Shown piece by piece: positions 58,059-64,000 of a stretch of DNA of 64,000 nt (positions are counted from its first letter, which is position 1; the number at the start of each line of letters is the position of its first letter). This DNA comes from Candidatus Poribacteria bacterium (GTDB lineage: Bacteria > Poribacteria > WGA-4E > GCA-2687025), in NCBI GenBank assembly GCA_963665845.2, contig OY762492.1, positions 832,001 to 896,000 on the forward strand, written 5' to 3'. A model generated the notes under the pieces. That model made no database searches. It was not told where the DNA came from and worked only from the letters and a program-made list of their open reading frames with translations. The position numbers and the translations under genes were made by a program.

Positions 58059-60404
58059 TTGAAGGAACGCCTTGAACTGCTCCGGGTCGCGCGTGAGTCC
58101 GTCGAAATGGTCAATCACCTCGTCGTCCGGCGAGATCAGGACGTAGAACGGCAGGGCGGTCGTCTGGAACCGCTCCTCCTGCATTTTGCGGTTGGCTCTG
58201 GACGCTTCGTCCCGTTTGTCTGTCCATATCTGCGCCCCGACATACTTATCCAGGAGCGCCGACACCTCTTTTTTGACAAAGATATTCTTTTCCATCCATC
58301 TGCAGTTGGTGCATGTGACGCCCGTGAAGTCGACAAAGACGGGGCGGTCGATCGCCTTCGCCTCGGCGAGCGCGTCTTCAAGCGATTCATGCCAGTTGTC
58401 ATGGACGGCGGTCGACGTTTGATCCTCTTTCATGGCGTAGTACGGCAGGAAGGCGTCCAGTTCGCCGAGCGGATTTCCCATGAGGCCTGTGAACAGATAA
58501 AGCGTCGCCGCAAAGAAGCTGATGGAGGAAATGAGCCGTATGGGACCGAGATGCTCAGGCGGAGCGTCCTGCGTCAGCTGTACCTTGCCGAGAAGATAGA
58601 TCGCGGCGACCAGCGCAATGGCGATCCAGATCGCCAGAAACAGCTCGCGGGGAAGCGCGCCCCATTCGAAGACAAGGTCGATATTGCTGATGAATTTGAG
58701 CGCCGCCGCCAGCTCCAGGAACCCCATCGTCGCCTTGACCGAGTTGAGCCAGCCGCCCGATTTTGGCAGAGAGGAGAGTATCTGCGGAAACAGCGCCAAA
58801 AAGAAGAACGGCGAGGAAAACGCCGCCGAGAAGCTGAGCATTCCGATCACCGCCCAAAAATACTCCCCCTGCGAAGCAGCGACCAGAACCGTCCCCACAA
58901 ACGGCACGGTGCATGTGAACGTGGTCAGCGAAAAGGTGAGACCCATCATGACGGTCGCCGCATGCCCGACCTTTTTATGCGAGCCGCCGAAAGCGTTGAG
59001 CAGCCAGTGCGGAACCGTGATTTCAAACGCGCCGAACAGGTTGAGCGCAAAGAAAATAAAGATTGCGGCGATGAGCAGGTTCACCCAGACGTTCGTCGCG
59101 AGGTTCTGAATCGAGGCGGCGCCGAAAAAGGCTGACAGAAGAACGCCAAGAGCCGTGAAGGTGACCATGATGCCGAGGCAGTAGATGGACGCCTGTCCGA
59201 CGCCTTGCCCGCGCGTCAAGCCCTCTTTTTTGGTGAAAAAGGAGACCGTAATCGGTATCATCGGAAAGACGCATGGCGTCAAGAGCGACAGGAATCCCAT
59301 CGACATGGCGAATCCGATGTATGCCAGGAGGCCTTCGGAACGCGCTTTGCCGAGCGCGCCCATGCTTCCGTCTTGCGCGGAACCCTGCGCCTGGGCGTAG
59401 ACGGATCTTGCGTCGCCCGTCTTGACGGTCAGCTCCATCTTTTGATCAATCGTTTTCGGCGTGAAACACTGCACGTCGTTGCAGGGCATGAAAACAAGGC
59501 GCGCCGTTAATTTTTGAACGCCAGGCTCCGTCTCTTTTGGGACCAACAGCGGCAGCGTGAAGACAGCCCGATCTTTGAAAGTGGCGATTTTCTTCTGATC
59601 GTCTTTTTTGGTCATCATGAGCGGCTCCGACTGCTCAACCGCCCCAGCCCGCTCTAGAGCGTCCATATCCTTGAGCGTGATATTGGTCGGCATCGGCCCG
59701 TCGTCAAGCGAGTAGATATACCACCCCTCCCGGATATCCGCTTCGATGCGCAGCAGCGCATACTCGCCGGCGCGCGCGGTTGACGGCTCAAATGAGGCGT
59801 TGATCTTCACAATGGGCGGCATCGGGCTTTCGGCGTACGCTTTGCGCGCCGCCCCCGCTTCGATGTTGAGGCTGGCTTTCGCTTGAGCGGTGTTGAGCGG
59901 AATGCATTGGAAGCTGTTGCATTTGGTGAAGCTGACGACAGCGGAGACGGTCTGCTCCCCAGGCTGCATGTTTTCAGGAACCCGCAGCGTCTGCGTGAAA
60001 ACCGCTTCGCCGCGGTAGATGCCGATCTGTTTCTCAAAGCCTTTGTCGTAGGCGACGATCGGAGTCGGAAAAAGGACAGAGTCGACCAGTTCAAACGCCC
60101 CTGGATGGATCTCTATTCGGGTCGGTTCGGGTTCAAACGCCTCTGAATCGATCTCTGTTTGGGTCGGTTCGGGCGGCGATTCTCCCTCCGAGTAGATGTA
60201 CCATCCGTCCTCGATCTCGGCTTTGACGCGCAGCTGGACATATTCGCCGGGCCGCGCGGGGGACGGTTTTATCTCTGCGGTGAGTCGGACGTTTTCATCT
60301 TCGCCGCCGCCGTCCAATCCGGGGATCGGAAGCTGCGCCGACGAATTTAAAACAAAGCAGACCGCCGCCGCGGCGATTGCGCCGATAAGCCGAATGTGCC
60401 GCAT
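58008..60404 (-). CDS. dsbD: DsbD-family thiol:disulfide interchange protein with two N-terminal domains
   Basis: Two GWYIYS..CN..QC domains, TPCVFPMIP, FTCTVPF, PKSGGWL, DFTGVTCTNC. Confidence 0.9.
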   Translation of the reverse strand: MRHIRLIGAIAAAAVCFVLNSSAQLPIPGLDGGGEDENVRLTAEIKPSPARPGEYVQLRVKAEIEDGWYIYSEGESPPEPTQTEIDSEAFEPEPTRIEIHPGAFELVDSVLFPTPIVAYDKGFEKQIGIYRGEAVFTQTLRVPENMQPGEQTVSAVVSFTKCNSFQCIPLNTAQAKASLNIEAGAARKAYAESPMPPIVKINASFEPSTARAGEYALLRIEADIREGWYIYSLDDGPMPTNITLKDMDALERAGAVEQSEPLMMTKKDDQKKIATFKDRAVFTLPLLVPKETEPGVQKLTARLVFMPCNDVQCFTPKTIDQKMELTVKTGDARSVYAQAQGSAQDGSMGALGKARSEGLLAYIGFAMSMGFLSLLTPCVFPMIPITVSFFTKKEGLTRGQGVGQASIYCLGIMVTFTALGVLLSAFFGAASIQNLATNVWVNLLIAAIFIFFALNLFGAFEITVPHWLLNAFGGSHKKVGHAATVMMGLTFSLTTFTCTVPFVGTVLVAASQGEYFWAVIGMLSFSAAFSSPFFFLALFPQILSSLPKSGGWLNSVKATMGFLELAAALKFISNIDLVFEWGALPRELFLAIWIAIALVAAIYLLGKVQLTQDAPPEHLGPIRLISSISFFAATLYLFTGLMGNPLGELDAFLPYYAMKEDQTSTAVHDNWHESLEDALAEAKAIDRPVFVDFTGVTCTNCRWMEKNIFVKKEVSALLDKYVGAQIWTDKRDEASRANRKMQEERFQTTALPFYVLISPDDEVIDHFDGLTRDPEQFKAFLQGGLDAFASNRTASASP

Positions 60405-60472
60405 ACCTCTATCCTCCTCCACTGCGTCGCTTAATATATTATAGCGCCTTTTGACGCGCGCCGTTTTCATCC

Positions 60473-60670
60473 GACCTCATGCGTCAAGTTGGGACCGCTG
60501 AACGACTAGAGCCGCCGCGGAAACCTGTCTGCGTTCTTCCGCTCATATGCCCCAACTAGAGACGTTATATAATGTAAGATGGTTGTATCCACAGGCGATA
60601 AAATTCATTGGTAGGGCGGGGTTTCTGGACTCCCCCCTTGAAAAGGGGGGCTGGGGGGTTTTAGCCGCGC
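60473..60670. repeat. Degenerate MITE ends and a family B element
   Basis: GACCTCATGCGTCAAGTTGGGAC, ATGCCCCAACTAGAGACGT, CCCCCCTTGAAAAGGGGGGCTGGGGGG. Confidence 0.7.
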
Positions 60671-60819
60671 CCGGAATAACGCGGCGCCGCGAATATCCCG
60701 TATGAGCGTACTGCCGGTCAGAATTAGGCGGTTGCGGAAGCCGCGTCTTTGCGCTATGATTGAAAGCGGCCGTTCTCTGAAGGAGGCGGCGTCATGACAT
60801 TTAAGAAAGGACGAAAGCG

Positions 60820-61998
60820 ATGTTTGCAAGACTGCGCGTTCTCAATCTCGCCGTTGCGGCGGTTGCGGCGGTCGCGATGACCGGCTGCGATCAACTGGTC
60901 AAAACGCTGGATCCAGACGCCGGCTCCAGCGACGCCTTGAAAATCGGCGTCATCCAGCCCAGCGGATATTTCGTCAGCTTTGCGCGCGGAGCAGAGTTGG
61001 CGCGTATGGAGCTGAACGCCGAAGGCGGCGTCTTAGGACGCCAGATCGAGTTCATCTACCGCGACAACCAGAAAGACTTGGTGTTTCCAACGCCCGAAAG
61101 CACGATTCAGGCGGCTGAAGAGCTGATTCAGGATGAAAAAGTGTTCGCTCTTTTAGGACCGACATTTTCAAGCAACGCGGTTCATCTGGCAAATATCGCT
61201 CAAGAGAGCCAGACGCCGATCTTGGTGAACGCCACCTCCGGCGCCGTGTCCGCTTCAAGCGAGTACATTTTTCTGGTCGCCGGGACGACAGGCTCTCAAG
61301 GCGACGGTCTCGCTAAGTTTGCGTTGTCGCCCGACAATTTGGGCGCCATGACAGCGGCGGCGCTTGTTCAAGAGGACGATCTCTACTCGGAGGTTCTGGC
61401 GGACGCCTTCGCCGCAAAGTTTGAGGAGCTGGGGGGAAGCGTCTTGGCGCGTGAAACCTATGAGGTCGGCAGCGCAACATTCGCCGGTCCGATTGAGCGG
61501 GCGTTGGCAGGCAACCCCGATGTCGTGCTGATGGCTGGCTTCGCCCCGGATGTTCCCCTCGCCATCAACGAGGCGCGGGAAGCGGGCTATGAAGGCGTCT
61601 TTCTGGGCGGAACCGGCTGGAACGACCCTGACCAGTTTTTCCATGCCCTGGAGGACAACTCGGTCTTGAACGGCTCCTTCTTCGCATCGAATTTCTCGGC
61701 GGACGCGCCGGGCGACAGCGTCCAGCGTTTTGTCGCGGGCTACCAAGCCGCGTACGGCACAACGCCCCCGGGTCAATCCTCAAAAGGGTACGACGCCATG
61801 AAACTGCTGGCGCAGGCGGTTGAAGCGGCGGGCAAGCTGGACGCGCCCGCTGTCCGAGACGCGCTTGCGGCGACGACCAATTATGAAGGCGCCACCGCGA
61901 TTGTACGCTATAATAAGGATCGGCAGCCTCTGAAAGAGATTGTCATTATGACAATTCAGGACGGAGAATCTAAATTTTACCAGTTACTTGCGCCTTAA
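60820..61998 (+). CDS. Lipoprotein, LivJ-like (type I) ABC substrate-binding protein
   Basis: Lipobox MTGC, GAELA..N..GG.LGR.IE, LGP.FS, GYDAM. Confidence 0.92.
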   Translation: MFARLRVLNLAVAAVAAVAMTGCDQLVKTLDPDAGSSDALKIGVIQPSGYFVSFARGAELARMELNAEGGVLGRQIEFIYRDNQKDLVFPTPESTIQAAEELIQDEKVFALLGPTFSSNAVHLANIAQESQTPILVNATSGAVSASSEYIFLVAGTTGSQGDGLAKFALSPDNLGAMTAAALVQEDDLYSEVLADAFAAKFEELGGSVLARETYEVGSATFAGPIERALAGNPDVVLMAGFAPDVPLAINEAREAGYEGVFLGGTGWNDPDQFFHALEDNSVLNGSFFASNFSADAPGDSVQRFVAGYQAAYGTTPPGQSSKGYDAMKLLAQAVEAAGKLDAPAVRDALAATTNYEGATAIVRYNKDRQPLKEIVIMTIQDGESKFYQLLAP

Positions 61999-62029
61999 AC
62001 GAAACCGCAAGACAACGAAAGGAACGAGC

Positions 62030-63460
62030 ATGAACGCAAAAATGCGGACGCTCATCGCAACGATCTCATCTCTCTTCCTCGCCGCGGCATTGACCAGCTG
62101 CGACGACATCGGAAACATCCTTGATCCTACCACGGACGCCCCTGCTCTGAAAATCGGCGTCATCCAGCCCTCTCAGTACTACATCAGCTTCTTTCAGGGG
62201 GCTGAACTTGCGCGGCAGGAGATCAACGCCGGCGGCGGCATCCTCGGCAGAAAGATTGAGTTCGTCGCGCGCGACAACCAAGGAACGAACATCTGGCCGA
62301 CGCCCGATAAAACGATTGAGGCGGCGCATGACCTGATCAACAATGAAGGCGTCGCGGCGATTCTTGGTCCGATTTTCTCCACCAACTCCATTGCGCTCGG
62401 AAACGCCCTGACCGAAGCGGGCGTCGCAACGCCGATGCTGCCGGCGGCAACATCGCCTGTTGTCACACAGACGCATTCGCATTTTGTGCTGACCGCGGCG
62501 AACAACCATCTCCACGCGACGGCTCTTGCCAATTTTGCGGCGTCGGAATTGGGCGTCGGCACGGTCGGCATTTCCCTGCAGGCAGGCGACGCGTACTCGG
62601 AAGTTGTGACGCGCGCGTTTGTGGACGCGACGCGCGGCGCGGGCGGCAGTGTCGGCTCTATCGCAAGCTACGAGGTTGGGTCGCGCGACTTTACGGCGCA
62701 GATTCAGGTGCTGATGGACGACAACCCAGACGCCATTTTCCTTCCCAGCTTCGCGCCTGAAGTTCCGCACTTCATTCAACAGGCGCGCGCGGCGGGCTAC
62801 GAAGGCCTCTTCATCGGCGCAGACGGATGGGACGACGCGGCGCAGTTCTACGGGACGCTGGACGACAACTCCGCGCTCAACGGCTCCTACTACACCACCA
62901 ACTACTTCCCCGGCGGAGACGATCCGATGGCGAACGATTTCGCCGCCGCTTACATGAGCGCCTACGGCATCATCGCCGACGGCATTGCCGCCAACGGATA
63001 CGACGCCATGCGGCTGCTCGCCGAAGCGATTGAAACCGCCGGCGGAGGCGGAACGCCCGAAGGAGACGGAGACGGCGCGGACGATCCCGTGGTCGGCGAG
63101 CCGGGCGACGGATCGGACGGCAACGGCGTTGATCTTCCGACGGTGTCCGTAGAGGTTCCCGGCGCCGACGCCATTCTCGATGCCCTGGTCGCGATTCAGG
63201 GCTACCGCGGCGCGACCGCCATCTCCCATTTCGATGAACATCGAATGGCTGTCAAAGACCTTGTCGTCTTGAAGATTGCAAACGGCATGCCCATGTTCCA
63301 CTCCATTTGGACAAATATGGAGGGCGGCGGAATCGACGACGGCGGAAACGGAGACGGCGGAGACAGCGGCGGAAACAGCGGAAACGGCGGAAACGGCGGA
63401 GGAGGAGACGACGGCGGCGGAGACGACGGCACAACCGCCATCGACAACCCCAACGGATAA
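62030..63460 (+). CDS. LivJ-like substrate-binding lipoprotein paralog with a Gly/Asp-rich insert and tail
   Basis: Lipobox LTSC; colinear with the 60820 protein. Confidence 0.92.
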   Translation: MNAKMRTLIATISSLFLAAALTSCDDIGNILDPTTDAPALKIGVIQPSQYYISFFQGAELARQEINAGGGILGRKIEFVARDNQGTNIWPTPDKTIEAAHDLINNEGVAAILGPIFSTNSIALGNALTEAGVATPMLPAATSPVVTQTHSHFVLTAANNHLHATALANFAASELGVGTVGISLQAGDAYSEVVTRAFVDATRGAGGSVGSIASYEVGSRDFTAQIQVLMDDNPDAIFLPSFAPEVPHFIQQARAAGYEGLFIGADGWDDAAQFYGTLDDNSALNGSYYTTNYFPGGDDPMANDFAAAYMSAYGIIADGIAANGYDAMRLLAEAIETAGGGGTPEGDGDGADDPVVGEPGDGSDGNGVDLPTVSVEVPGADAILDALVAIQGYRGATAISHFDEHRMAVKDLVVLKIANGMPMFHSIWTNMEGGGIDDGGNGDGGDSGGNSGNGGNGGGGDDGGGDDGTTAIDNPNG

Positions 63461-63487
63461 ATCGAAGGGGTCCGTCTAAACCATTCC

Positions 63488-63531
63488 AAGAGAGGCGGTA
63501 CGGCTGCTTCGCCGCTCCGCCTCTCTTTTTT
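63488..63531 (+). terminator. Intrinsic terminator
   Basis: AAGAGAGGCGG...CCGCCTCTCTTTTTT. Confidence 0.75.
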
Positions 63532-63598
63532 CTAATCGACCGCTTTACATTCGGAAACCTTGATCGACGAACGCCTGTCTCCAAAGAAGGAAATGCGC

Positions 63599-64000
63599 AT
63601 GAGAACTACGACGCAACGCAGAGCCGTATCAAAACGGCGGACATTCGCCGCAACGTTGGCGGCTGTCTTTCTCGCCGCGGGGCTGACAAGCTGCGACAAC
63701 CTCCTAGATGTTCTGGAACCTGACGTCACAGAACCCGCCCCCGCTCTGAAGATCGGCGTCATTCAACCGTCCCAGTTCTTCATCAGTTTCCTTCGCGGCG
63801 CTGAAATGGCGCGGCAAGAATTGAACGCCGGCGACGGAGCCGCCGGCATGCAGATTGAGTTCATCCTGCGCGACAACCAGGGATCGGACATCTTCCCGAC
63901 CGCAGAAAAAACGATTGAAGCCGCTTATGAGCTGATCAATAACGAAGGCGTTACCGCGATTCTGGGACCCATCTTATCGACCAACTCGGTCGCCCTCGGA
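63599..64000 (+). CDS. Third LivJ-like substrate-binding lipoprotein paralog (partial)
   Basis: MRTTTQRR..GLTSCDNLLDVLEPD..LKIGVIQPSQFFISFLRGAE; runs off the window. Confidence 0.92.
   Translation, partial: MRTTTQRRAVSKRRTFAATLAAVFLAAGLTSCDNLLDVLEPDVTEPAPALKIGVIQPSQFFISFLRGAEMARQELNAGDGAAGMQIEFILRDNQGSDIFPTAEKTIEAAYELINNEGVTAILGPILSTNSVALG

Noticed and set aside
60585-60593. DnaA-box-like GTATCCACA in an AT-rich patch
   Set aside because: A single mismatched box, with no cluster and no dnaA context
63452-63479. A third CGTCTAA as an ECF promoter
   Set aside because: The AAC spacing is 18 bp and a terminator follows immediately

Overview
GC-rich bacterial chromosomal window, nearly fully coding, with about 45 genes and no tRNA, rRNA, CRISPR array or transposase seen. 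Three sulfatase-family genes, a PhyH dioxygenase, a giant TPR protein, a >2,100-aa repeat surface protein and tandem lipoprotein solute-binding proteins suggest a Poribacteria-like diderm (inference only). Housekeeping content includes pyrG, a hom-thrC-apgM-pdxS-pdxT-ask operon lacking thrB, PGM/PMM, rfaE2, rtcB, pcp and a DsbD-like protein. The most notable signals are: (1) a selenoprotein split by the ORF track (WASW-UGA-GC redoxin + TPR, with a SECIS-like hairpin); (2) a TonB-dependent receptor whose N-terminus resembles the TonB inner-membrane anchor plus a Pro-rich linker; (3) a compact enhancer-binding protein / UAS / sigma54 promoter / alternative sigma70 cascade with a deviant GAFTGA loop; (4) a shared ECF promoter linking an ECF sigma factor to a distant Arg-rich repeat protein; (5) a ~167-bp MITE with 6-bp target duplication, two REP-like families and duplicated gene ends; (6) a conserved post-lipobox motif on unrelated lipoproteins.
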